From: Vicugna vicugna
Taxonomy: Eukaryota
NCBI GenBank assembly: GCA_013265495.1
Contig: MU063211.1
Location: forward strand, 124,001-188,000
DNA: 64,000 nucleotides
Direction: 5' to 3'
Each line of letters starts with the position of its first letter. Position 1 is the first letter of the stretch. A program made the translations under genes and the position numbers. This document shows positions 1 through 10,960 of the stretch, in pieces. The notes below the pieces were generated by a model that was not told the DNA's origin, searched no databases, and saw nothing but the letters and a program-made list of their open reading frames with translations.

Positions 1-799
1 CGCTTATCCTGGGGGCTCAGAGGTCAGGATGCCCCCGCGCTGGTTCTTTTACACGGGGAGGGGCAGGAACCTGAGGCAGATGGCTGATTTCTGGAGCAAG
101 CACTGCCTCTCCGTCTCTTCTCCACCTGCCAGCCTCCCACCCCGTCTGCGGGGGTCAGACCCGCACAGCCCTCAGGCGGCCTCGCCCAGAACCTGAGACT
201 CGGTGTTTCTCCCGGGGTGCTGGCATGGCTCCGGCAGGCGGGAGCAGTCCTTCCTGGTGGAAGCGGAGGCCGTGGGCAGACAGGGCCCATGGAGGCTGCC
301 TGACCATTTCCCGGGAACAGGAGCCGCGGTTCCGCGGCCACGACTGGGCCGGCAGGAGGGGCCCGTGGGGTCTGACCTCTGCGACAGCTGCAGCGCCAGT
401 GATGGACGTGGCGGGCGCCGGCCCGTCGCGCCCTGGGCTCCCGTGGGGGCCCCTGTGTGGCAGCCGGTCCTCGGGCCCTTCTTGCCTCGATTTGAAGACA
501 GCCCTCTGCTCTGAGACCCCCTGCCGCCTTTTTGACGTTAAGATGTCCTTGGTGAAGTAGAGGACAGTGTGGAGACACTGCCTTAGACTCTTCCTTGGGC
601 TTTGGTCTGCGTCCGCTCAGCAGCAGTGGACGTGCTGGGTGCTGACGGGTCGGGACCGAAGCCGGCTTCCTCCCCGCCCTCACCTGCCCGTCGCTCCGGG
701 TGCCACGGCTGGGGAGCTCGGCTCGGCGGCACCGGCCCCGCGCGCCCCGCCGTGCTTCTCTGCTGGCCCTGCACCCTCCTCCAAGGGATGTCAGGCGCC

Positions 800-985
800 G
801 CACACACAGGCACACACTTGCGGGAGCACACACGCATGCTCACCCCTCGCTCAGACACAGACACACGTGCTGACAGACTCGTTCCCGTGCACACCGTTCG
901 CAGACACGCACGCACTCCTGCACATGTGTGTGCGCTCACACACGCTCACAGCCCTCTGACGCACACACAGGACACACACCCACAC
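800..985. repeat. Degenerate (CA)n-rich low-complexity tract
   Basis: Interrupted CACACA/CACG runs, e.g. gcacacacaggcacacac...gcacacacaggacacacacccacacg. Confidence 0.75.
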
Positions 986-3936
986 GCCCCGCCCGCTGCC
1001 GGGGTCTCTCCCCTCCCGGACCCCCACACCAGCCGGACGTCTCCTTCAGGCAGGCGGCAGGCAGAGCCAGGGAGAACCCGGGGTTCCCTCCCGGGCGCAG
1101 CCTCATGCCCACGTGCCCGGGGCAGCTGAGAGGCCCGAGCCTGGTGGGGACACGGGCTCCGTGCTCCCTGGGGGGCGGGCGCCCTGGCGGGTCGGTGCAG
1201 AGCATCCGCCCACGCTCGGCACAGGCTTGGCTATCTGTCTCCCCGGGCACGGGGACGGGCAGGCTGTGTCCCCTGTGCTGATGACTGCCCACGCGCCTGC
1301 GGCCTTCAGAACGGCCCGCCCTGTCCGGCACCCGCCTCAGCAGCCCGGGAGGCAGGCCACGGGTCACAGGCTGACGGCTGAGCAGCGTGAGCTCTGGACC
1401 GGGGAAGAGCCAGCGCTCGCAGTACTGGGCAGCCGCCGGCCTGCACCAGAGTCCCTGCAGATTTCTTCCATTCAGACACCAGAGGCCCCCAGAAGGCCGG
1501 CGTCTCGGGGCAGGGGCTGCAGGGCAGAGGGCTTTGGCTCCCGTGGAACGTGCCAGAAGACTCTTCCTACTGCACCAGCACCTGCGGCTGACCGGCTTTC
1601 TCAGGCAGCTCCTGGAAAAACAGTGCGTCTGCCCAGCAGGGTGCGGCTCCGGACCCCCTAACCGGGACTCCGGCGCCAGACGAGCCACCCTGGCTGGCCT
1701 TCGTCCCCACGGCCAGGAGAGCTGCCCTGCTCTGTCACCCCTGGCTGGGTCTCTTGGTCAGCAGGGGGTACAGGTGACCAACGACTGCGTTTCACAGAGG
1801 AGGCTAAGGCATTCATTGGGCCAGGGACAGGGGCCACGGAGCCACCGTGTGGCCTCAGGTCAGTCCGCCACCCATCTGCTGCTGCTGGCCTGAGCCCTTC
1901 CCAGGAAGGCAGCCATGGGGGTCACATCCCAGCCCCACGGGCTCCCCTGGGAACTTCCTCACCTCTCCAGCCCAGGCCCTCGGCCTCGGGGAGCCCATCA
2001 CTGACCGCAGACGGGCAGCGTCTGCCCACTGGGGCCCGCTCACCCACTGAACCCACTCGGGTCCAGGCACATGGTGGGTCCTGGCCTCGGACTCTTGTAA
2101 ACATGCCAGGTGCTATTCACTGAGGTCACATTCCAAGTTAATGGTGGCCAGGTGCGTGACAGGGCACCATTCTTGACCAGAGCCCCCTCCCCTGTAAAGG
2201 TGGGATGTGGGGACAGACACTGTCGCATGTGCAGAGCCTGGAGGGGCACCGTGCCCGGCAGACTGCGAGGCGGTCAGCTCCGAGGCGGGTGGCTTGATCC
2301 TGGGGATTTGCTCAAAGCTTTCTCATTTGATCAGCCCTGCCTGTTCCATATGGGAAGCTCGGGTGGATGCAGGAAAATCAAAGAATCCCATTAAGAACTA
2401 GCCAGAAACAGCCACTGCTGGAGCCCCCCGACGCCCCCAGTCTCTTCCCGCGCTGCCCTGGGCCGGCCGCCGGCACGTGGCCTGGGTTCTAAGACACAGG
2501 GCAGAGCCTCCCCTGGCCACCCTCTGCTTCTCGGCCGGGCTCTGGGCCCGCACCCTGGCCCAGCACTGCCACAGGTGCCCCTGGCGTGGGCTGACCCTTG
2601 CGCCTTCATACAGGCAGAGACCCCAGCTCACCCTTCGAGCACCTTGTCCAAGGCCGCATCCCACCCACCCGGCTGGGACCAGACCTTCTGCGGAGCCTGG
2701 AGGCAGGGCTTCTCAGCCTGGGGCCCAGCGGTTGGCAGGTGAGCCGTGGGCTACGCTTGGGGAGGAGGCCTCCCCGGAGCCCGGGAGCGCAGAGGGGAGG
2801 GAGTGAGGCCAGGCTCCGGCCTCGGCTGTGGCGCCAAGGGGTGCACCCCGCCAGCCCGGCTCACACGCAGCGGCAGGAGCTGTTGCTGGCTGTGCCCCTG
2901 GGATAGAGCCGCGTGCTCAGAGCATCCTCTGCCTGTGAAAAGGGAGGCAAATGGTGTCACCACAGCTGACGGCACCTCCACGCCACCCTGCCTCCCGCCA
3001 CCGCTGCCACCAAGGCCGACGGCACGCCCTGCAGTGACAGGTCCCCCTGCAATCCACCAATGTCCAGCTGTCGGAGGCCCCACAGCACGCCGTGGGGGAA
3101 GGCAGCAGGCGCAACACGAAATCTCGCTTCTCCGATGGCCCCGGAGGAGGCCGGGAGCTCAGGAACCGAAGGCCTTGCTGAGGAGGACACAGAGCGGCTG
3201 GGGAGGCTGGCCTGCGGGGAGCAGCCGGGCGCCAGGGCGGGGTCTGGGCCACCCCCGTCCACCGTGGTCCCTGGTCAGGAGGAGGCGCCCAGACGTCTGG
3301 GCGAGCAGCTGGCAGCTCTCCGAGGCCGTTTCCCTGCGCGTCCGGAACTGATGGGCACCATCCTCTTTCTCCCTCCTCACCTTCCAGGACTCAGGGCTGG
3401 AACGGTGACCGAGGACAAGGAGTGACAGGCAGCGGCCACCCCCGGGGCTTTGGGAGCGCTGGGCCAGCTGCCATCTCCCCACCGAGAGGGTTTTCTCTCC
3501 CCCTGCTGCCGGTCACTCCAGGGGGAGCGGCGGTTTCCTTCTCTGACCGATGGACCTCTGCGCTCTGTGCGACCGTTCCGTACGCTGGACACGGGCTGCC
3601 CTCCTTTCTCTCGTTCCCCGTGGCTCCGGGCTGAGAGGCTTGCTGTTGGGAGCTGGGGTCACGGGGCTGCACCCCACAGACGACCAACTGCCCCCCAGCA
3701 GCCGGGGTGCGGCCTGGAACCCTCAGCCCTGGCTCAGCACAGGGACAGGTAGCCCGCAGGTGACCACAGCGCCGTGCTGCCCCTGGGGTCCTGGACCCAC
3801 CCGTCTCCCCGGACGGACCGTGGGCCCCTCCCCACCCCGCCCCCTCCTCTCTCTGCCCCACTCCCTGGGTATCTGAACACACTCATGCTTATCGGTGTGT
3901 GCGTTGATCGCTTGCTCATTGCCTCCCCGTCCGCAG

Positions 3937-4550
3937 GAGAATGAGTGTGGAGTCCCGTCCACCCAGTTCCCGGTCCTTGGAAAGCACCGCATAGACGTTC
4001 ATGGAAGAAATGAGTGCGCAGGTTGGCACTGGAGAGACAGCAGGGCCCAGAGAGGATGCGCCCCAAAGGCGTCCCTGTTGGGGGCGGGGGGGCAGACGTC
4101 CGCCAGGAGGGACAGAGCCAGGGCGGCGGGAAGACACGCACGGAGACAGCCAGGCAGTGCTGTTCGTGATGACCCCACCGCGCAGAGCCCCGAGAGTCCG
4201 CCCAGAGACCAGATAAACAAACTGCGGGGCAGCCGTGCAGCGGGAACTCCCCACAAAGGAGGGGCGCCCTGGCAGCGCCGGCGAAGGCCCGGGACGCCCA
4301 CGGGGCAGAGCGCACCGGCCACGGCACTCCCCTGCACTGCCATGCAAGCGGGTCTCAGAACGGGCGCAGCCAACAGTGGTGGCCGCAGGCACACGGAGGC
4401 ACCGCGGGCGGGGGACCGGAAGGGGCTCCAGGGGACTTTCTGGGGCGACGGAAGTTTTCTGTAGTTTGGGGCTGGAGTGGTGGTCACCTGGGTATCTACA
4501 ATTGTCAAGTATTTTTAATTAAAACTGTGCTTTTTGGTGTGTAAATTTTT
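3937..4550 (+). other. Candidate 3'-terminal exon of an unidentified transcript
   Basis: Branch-like CTCAT (3915-3919), pyrimidine tract and CAG ending at 3936. ATTAAA at 4518-4523 is followed by a GT/T-rich tract. No homology recognised. Confidence 0.3.
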
Positions 4551-4736
4551 CTCAAATAACGAATGAAGGAGCACAGAGCGCACTTGAACATAAACTCCAG
4601 CTGCGCTCCGGCTCGCCCGCCGGCAGGACCCCGGCACGAGGGCGGAGGGGTGCCTGGGTCGACGTGGTCACCCTCACGTTCCACTGGTCACCTCGGATTC
4701 CGGCCCTGTAAGTGTGAGTCCTTTCCGGTCACCGTC

Positions 4737-5175
4737 GTTTTCCACGCAGCTTTCCTAAGATACCATTCATGTGCCATGAAGTCAACCCACTTCAAGTGTG
4801 CGAATTCAGGGTGCTCACCGAGCCGTGCAGCCGTCAGCACGGTCTAGTTCTGGAGCGTTTTCATCACCCCCAAAGGGACCCTGTGCCCTCAGCCGAACTT
4901 CCCCGTCCCCGGGTGCTGGTCCGCCGGCTTACTGGCTCTCAGACTTGCCTGTTCTGGACGCTCCACCGTAACAGACTCACGGCACACAAGCGCGTGTGGC
5001 CGGCTTCCCCCAGCGTCAGTGTCCCCGGCCCACCGCGGTGCAGTGCGTGGCAGTGTCCGTTTCTCCCCCTTACAGAGCAGTATTCCATCAGATGCACTGA
5101 CCACTTCTGTTTATCCGTCAGTTGATGGAATCGGGGCTGTTTCCTCGTCTGTCTGCAGTGGGCGCTGCTGCTGCC
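4737..5175 (-). mobile_element. Old LINE-1 (L1M-type) 3' end, GC-shifted
   Basis: cagctttcctaagataccattcatgtgccatgaagtcaacccacttcaagtg...ttttcatcacccccaaagggaccc resembles the antisense L1MB/MC 3' UTR as recalled. Confidence 0.75.
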
Positions 5176-5829
5176 CTGTCGGCTCACTGAGGACCTCAGC
5201 CCCTGCGCTGAACCCGCCGTGTGACTCTCCAGGCCGGACCATGGCGGATTACAGCAGCCCCGCCTGGGGCTCCCAGGGAAGCCGCCCCCCACCCCCCCGC
5301 ACCACACTGGGTGACGGCCGTGCACCGGGCTCTCTGGGCAGCTGCAGGCAGGGACCCAGGTCCCGGTCACCCTCCTGCCTCGTGTCTGTGTCCCGGGCCC
5401 CGCGGCTCAGCCCTGAGTCCCCTCACCTGACACCCGGGGAGGCCTCCCCTTCAGGCCTGTCTGTGCAGACTTCCCTGCGGGAGGGCACCCTGCAGGCACG
5501 CCCCCCACCTCTGACCCAGCACCGGAGCCCCTTCCTCCATGGCCAGCCCACTCCCCACCCCAACCCCAGGGTCCGTGACACTGCCGGGCCTTTGGCTGGG
5601 GCCCCGCACATCTGCGCCCACCCAGCGGACCCCCGACGGGGCAGCGGTTCACGGGGCGGTGAGACGGGGCGTGGGCGTCTGTCCAGTTTTCTCTGCTTGC
5701 TTCCGCCCTCGCGGGCGGCGCCGAAGGCTGACCTCTCCCCCTCCCGTCCTGTCGCTCTCATCCGCTGCCCTGATGCCCTCCCAGCTCAGCCACACTCCCG
5801 ACACCTGCGCGTTTCGGGGACACCGCCGG

Positions 5830-7215
5830 GTCAGGGGCAGCGGGGTCGCACGGCACCACGCCGCGCTGCTCGCCTGTGTCTTCCCAACCGCGAAAGGCGA
5901 GGGGCCTCTCCCCGGGCGCTCGGCAGCCGCTTGTGACCGTTGCTCGGAGAAGTGTCCTCCGCCCTTTAAGAAGTCGGGTCACTTCTCTTCTGCTATGATT
6001 GGGAGTCAGAGTCGTTTCTGGCGTCTAGACTCGAGCCCCTTGTCAGATACACCACCCGCACATGTTCCCTCCCGTTCTGTGGGTTTCTCTTCGCTCTGTG
6101 TCTCTGATGCACCAAGTTTTTAATTTGAATAAAGTCCAACTGATGTATCTTTCCTTTTGTTCCTCGTGCTTTTGACGTCAGAGCAAAGACACTAGTGCCC
6201 AGTCTGGGCTCACAGAGATGCCGGCCTGTGTTTCTTCCAGCAGGTTCACAGACACCGAGGTCTCGGCACGTTTTGAGACGGTTTTAACGTGCAGGTGATT
6301 TCTGTGCACACAGGGGCTCCCAGTGGCCCCAGCGCAGCTCGTTGGAGAGACTGTCCTTTCCCACCGCTTTGCCTCCGGACCCTCATGTGACCCCTGTCGA
6401 CCACCAGCGCGAGGGTTCGCTTCCGACGCTCCGTCCCGTTCTGTTGATCTGAGCGTCTGTCCGTGGCGCCGGAACCACACTGGCTTTGAGGTAGATTCTG
6501 AGACCAGGACATGGGAGTCCTGCAACCCGGTGCTTCTTTATCAAGGTGGTTTGCACTTTTCTGCTTTCCTTGTATGTCCGCATGCATTTTAGCGTCCGGT
6601 TGTCTGTTTCCACACAAAAAAGCCAGCTAAGGGTTTGATGGGGGGCACACCGAGTCTGCAGACAAGCTTGCGGAGCATCGCCGTCTTAGCGTAAGTCTGG
6701 CGTCAGGAGCACGGGGTGCTTTTCCATTTACTTGTAACTCCCGTCAGCAGCGTTCCGTGGTCTTCCGTGCACAACCCAGCACTTCTTCTGCGAGAGGCAC
6801 CCTAGCTGCCCCACTCCTTAGGTTGCTGTTAGAAATGGAACTGACTCCTTGTTTTCGCTTCTGGGTTGTTTGTTACAAGCATGTGGAAGTATAATTGATT
6901 TTTGCACGTTGATTTTTCCTCCCACCCCGTGGCTGAGCTCTCTCTTGGTCAGGAGAGCTCTCGGTGCTGCATCACTGTGGGCTCCTTGTGACTGTCTGTG
7001 TACAAGGGTCAGGTCATCTGCCAGCAGAGACAGTTGACTTTTTCCTTTCCTTTCTGGATGCCTTTGATTTCTTTTTCTTACCTAGTTGCTTAGGCTGGAA
7101 GCTTCAGTGCGAAGTTTTATAGAAGTGGTGAGAGTGGACGTCCTTGTCTTAGTCCTCATTTTAGGGAAAAGCATCCAGCCTTTCTGCCTGAAGTATAATG
7201 TTCTCTGTGGGCACA
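5830..7215 (-). mobile_element. LINE-1 ORF2 (RT region) relic
   Basis: The reverse complement of 7006-7033 reads LSLLADDLT (L1 RT motif LSLFADDMI). Flanking sequence matches antisense L1 ORF2. Frameshifted and degenerate. Confidence 0.85.
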
Positions 7216-8974
7216 GTGGTTATTTTTAAATGGTGCCAAAGCAAAGTCTTCCTTCACTGTGCCCACAGATCCTTCAGCAACGAGTGTCCAGAACCCTTTG
7301 TTCTTTCTCTGCTTCCTCATGCTTGCCACCACCCTGCTCTGTCCTTACTGCCTCAAGGTTTCAAATTAAAGCCACCAGCTGCTTCCTACAGTACTCCTGA
7401 CCTTTCAGCTAAAGTTGCAACCACAGGACACCCTGAGCACTTGGTGCCTGAGCCCTCAAGGCAGACTGACTGACTGGGGTTCTCCAGTCCACGAACTGGG
7501 GCTCTCCTTGGGGGAGCAAAGGAGAGCCACGGGAATGCTGACAACAGGCATTCAGACAGCACCTCCTTCTGGATTCGCAGCTGTCACGGATCCTATAGGA
7601 GTGCACCGTTGGGTGGGCGGATGCATAAAGGTGGAGTATGCGTTCTTATTGCAGGGAAAGTGTAAATCTGGCAGCAACACTGACCCCGGCAGAGTCGTCA
7701 TTAAATCCATGCAAAGCTCATTTCCTCTGCGATTATCTGTCAAGCCCCTACCATGTCAGGCGCTGGGGGAACCGGGTGAGGGGGCTGGACAGGAGCCCTG
7801 CCCTCTGGCACGTAGGCCTCGTGGGCTCCGAGGCTTGCGCCCGGGGAGGCCGCGCTCTGCACCGGTCGTCGAGGGGGGGGGGCGGGGCTGGCTTCTCCCG
7901 GCCGAGTGAGGATGGCCGAGGGCTTGCCATCCAAGGGACCTGCCGTGTGTCCGTGCCTTAGCGAGCCCTGGACCTCTGACCTCGGGGAAGGCAGCTGGCA
8001 GAGTGAGGGAGAAAGGAGCATCATGCTGTGATGTGACCCTGGGCCTGGGGCTGGAGCGGGGTCATCCCTGGAGCAAGGCTGGTGGGCACCAGGGCTGTGG
8101 ATCCAAGCTCCAGCCTCTGCCACCTGGAAGTGACCATGTCAGAGGCAGGTGAGGACTAAACATGGTTCCTTAACCTTAAACACATATTCTTCTCTGTCAA
8201 TCTGGTCTTAAAACCAGACTCCAGATTCACACCATCCTATTAATTACAGAGTTTCACGTGCAGCCGAGTAACGGAGGTGCACACAGGCTGATAAATCACG
8301 AATGGCAATTGATTCTGGATGCAGGGCAAGTGAGGTTTCTTGGTGCCTGTGGCCCATGCAGAAGGCAGGGATGACCGGTGGGTGTGGCACCTGCAGAATG
8401 ACTCCTCTCCCCGCCCGGGCCGCTCCAAAACCGGCTGTGTGCTGTGTCCGTGGGCATGGCCCCAAGGCAGTGCCGCGGTCCCCGCCCCTCTGGGTCATCC
8501 GGCCGCTGCAGTCCGACAGGACAGCCGTGTCCAGCCAGACGGGGCTGCCGTGTGCTTCTGTGCCACCCTCATTTGTCCCCACGTGGTCTGTGCCGTGGAA
8601 GGAGCTACCGGGATGGAGGCGTGTTTTGAGCCAGGGACACCAGAACAACTGTGCTTGGAACATCCAAGCGTCTCCTGAGCAGGAAGCTGGGAGGTGGCGG
8701 GGGCAGCCCAGGAGGGCCTGATGGGGGGTGTCGCCCACACTGTGGGCCCCATGAAGGAAGACCCCCCGCCCCAGCCTGTGTCCCACATCCCCCAACTCAG
8801 ACATCCTCCGCCCGTCTCCCCTTCACTGTGTCAACAGCAGGGAGAAATGTTTTCTGAGATCCTTTTCTCCTAAAGTCTCAAAAAATCAACATGAACGACG
8901 AAAATCCACCGGGTTCCCTGGAGGTGCCATTTCTCTGGCATTGGATTCAATTTTAAAATGTGGCTGCAGTCAGC

Positions 8975-9120
8975 TTTTGTATCTTTCTGTGTGTCTGTGT
9001 CCCTGCACGTGTGCACTTCTGTCTGGCGGTGTGTCTGTGTGTGTGCGTGTGTGCGAGCATGCGTGTGCCAGCGTGTGTGTGTACGAGCTTGTGTGTGTGC
9101 CTACACGCATGTGTACACAA
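8975..9120. repeat. Degenerate (GT)n-rich tract
   Basis: gtgtgtctgtgt...gtgtgtgcgtgtgtgcgagcatgcgtgtgccagcgtgtgtgtgtacg. Confidence 0.75.
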
Positions 9121-9204
9121 GCCCAGCCCGCGCGGTCTTGCTTTGATGAGCTGAGGACCGCAGAGCCTCTTCCTCTCCCCTGGTACAGGGGGCTTAATCT
9201 GCAC

Positions 9205-9577
9205 GTTCTAAAGGGCAGAGCCAATTTCTACGAATTTCACGTGGTGTCCTTGTGCGAGCCTTTCAGCGCAAAGCCTGGCTGGCCTCAGACATTGTCACCA
9301 TTATCCGGGGACGGCTGAACACCACAGAGAGCTCCTTTCTTTTCCTGTGGGCCCGGGGGCCTAGGGCTTCACTGCTACAGGGGCGAGGTCTGTATGAGGC
9401 TTTGATCAGAAAGGCAGAGCCATCGGAGATGTATTTAAAGGATTTATTATAGGAATTTGCCCCGACGCAATTGTGGGAGGCCTTTAGTTCGTGTGTTCTA
9501 AAGGGCAGAGCCAATTTCTATGAATTTCATGGGGTGTCCTTGCGTGATTCTTTCAGTGGAAAGCCGGGCTGGCCTCA
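9205..9577. repeat. Pair of 83-bp direct repeats (9205-9287 and 9495-9577)
   Basis: Ungapped manual alignment gives 10 mismatches in 83 bp at a 290-bp offset. A partial third copy, aaaggcagagcca, lies at 9410-9422. Confidence 0.95.
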
Positions 9578-10679
9578 TTCTGCGGGAGGCTCTCGTTTCT
9601 GTGTCCGCCAGTGGCGCCCGAGTCAGCGGGCAGCCTGTCGGGGAGGGGAGATGGATGTGGAATGCAAAGTCGGGGAGCAGGGCCATCCTGCTGGGGTGAG
9701 TGGAACCTCCAGGGTGGCCAGGCTACTGCTTCTGGCTTCAACGCCAAGGGTCCTGCGGGAGCGGCTGGGGCCCTTCGCCGGGACTGGAGCACACCCCTGG
9801 CCCCGGGGTCGGGGCCTACGGAAGAGCGGGCAGGTGCTGACGCCACCGCCCAGGCCCGCAAGGTGCACCCGCAGACACGAGGGAGCGAGCGCCTCCTGGT
9901 GGCCGCGGCCTTCGGCAGAAGCCCTGCGACCCGGGCGGGACCACCCCCGGGTCAGGCCAGCCCAGGGCTATGCGGGCCGGGAACCTGGCAGCAGCGCGGC
10001 GCAGGCGGCTGAGCAGCAGAAGCCCAGCCCAGTCCACCCCGCCGACCTGGCGTCGCAGGAAGCGCATTTAAACAGACCCAGAGTCCATGCGCACCCCTAA
10101 CACGACGCTGCCTCCCTCACGAAGCTGAAGGCACACTAAGCGTCTTCCCAAAGCGGGCTCGGGGGCCCTTCCCCACCTCCGGGTGCTGCTCGCTCCCACT
10201 CCCGCTGAGTCACGCCCCGTGTGTGTCCTGTGACTTGGGGTGCCCCAGGTGTATTAGTCACTAATGCTGCGTAACTCCTCACCCCGAAACTCAGAGGCGT
10301 CACCCGTCCCCCTGAGGACAGGAATCTGGGCGTGGCTTGCCGGGGGCCCCCGCCCAAGGTCCCGCAGCGCTGCCCGCGGATCCAGCGGGTGCCATGTCTG
10401 GCCTGCAGGCCGGACGGGGTTGGTGGGGGTGGTCCCCCACGCTCACCCGCACGGCTGTCGGCTTGGGTGGCCGGACCCTCGCCACACAAGCCTCCAGCGG
10501 GGCAGCTCCCCACGGCGGAGCAGCAAGGGCCCCTCGGCAGCGCGGAGGCAGGAAGGCGGAAGCCTCTGTCCTTTTGTCAGCAGAACCTTGGGAGCTAGCG
10601 CACATCACTTTTGCCAGATCCCACCCACTGGTCAGAAGCGAGTCAGTAGTGCGGCCCGCATGCAAAGGGAGGGCATGAC

Positions 10680-10960
10680 ACAAGGCCGTGAACACGGAGA
10701 GGAGAGGAGAGGACCACCCTAGAGGCCCCCCCACCCCCCGTCCGACTGAGACAGTTACCCGCCTCGGCTAGAAACAGAGAAGCGGGAGCCAGGGGCGGGA
10801 GGGCGGCGGGCTAACAGACACACAGCGCGACCTATCTAGGTTAGCCGCAAATTCGCGACCTTGCCCCTCCCCATCCGCACTGCACTTGTCCCGAGAGGGT
10901 GCTCGCCCCAGCCCGCGCGCACACCTCTGCCCTCAGCACGCACCTCAGGCGGCTGCTCCT
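10680..10960. promoter_or_regulatory. CpG-dense promoter-like patch with GC boxes
   Basis: ggggcgggagggcggcggg (Sp/KLF-type) and clustered CG/CGCG; no repeat recognised. Orientation unknown. Confidence 0.35.

Noticed and set aside
24-5936. Long ORFs such as 24-833 (269 aa), 936-1688 (250 aa) and 5019-5936 (305 aa), and similar frames throughout the window
   Set aside because: They overlap on both strands, are rich in P/G/R/A, often start at GTG or TTG, and show no recognisable domain. This is expected from stop-codon scarcity at high GC, and several overlap repeats.
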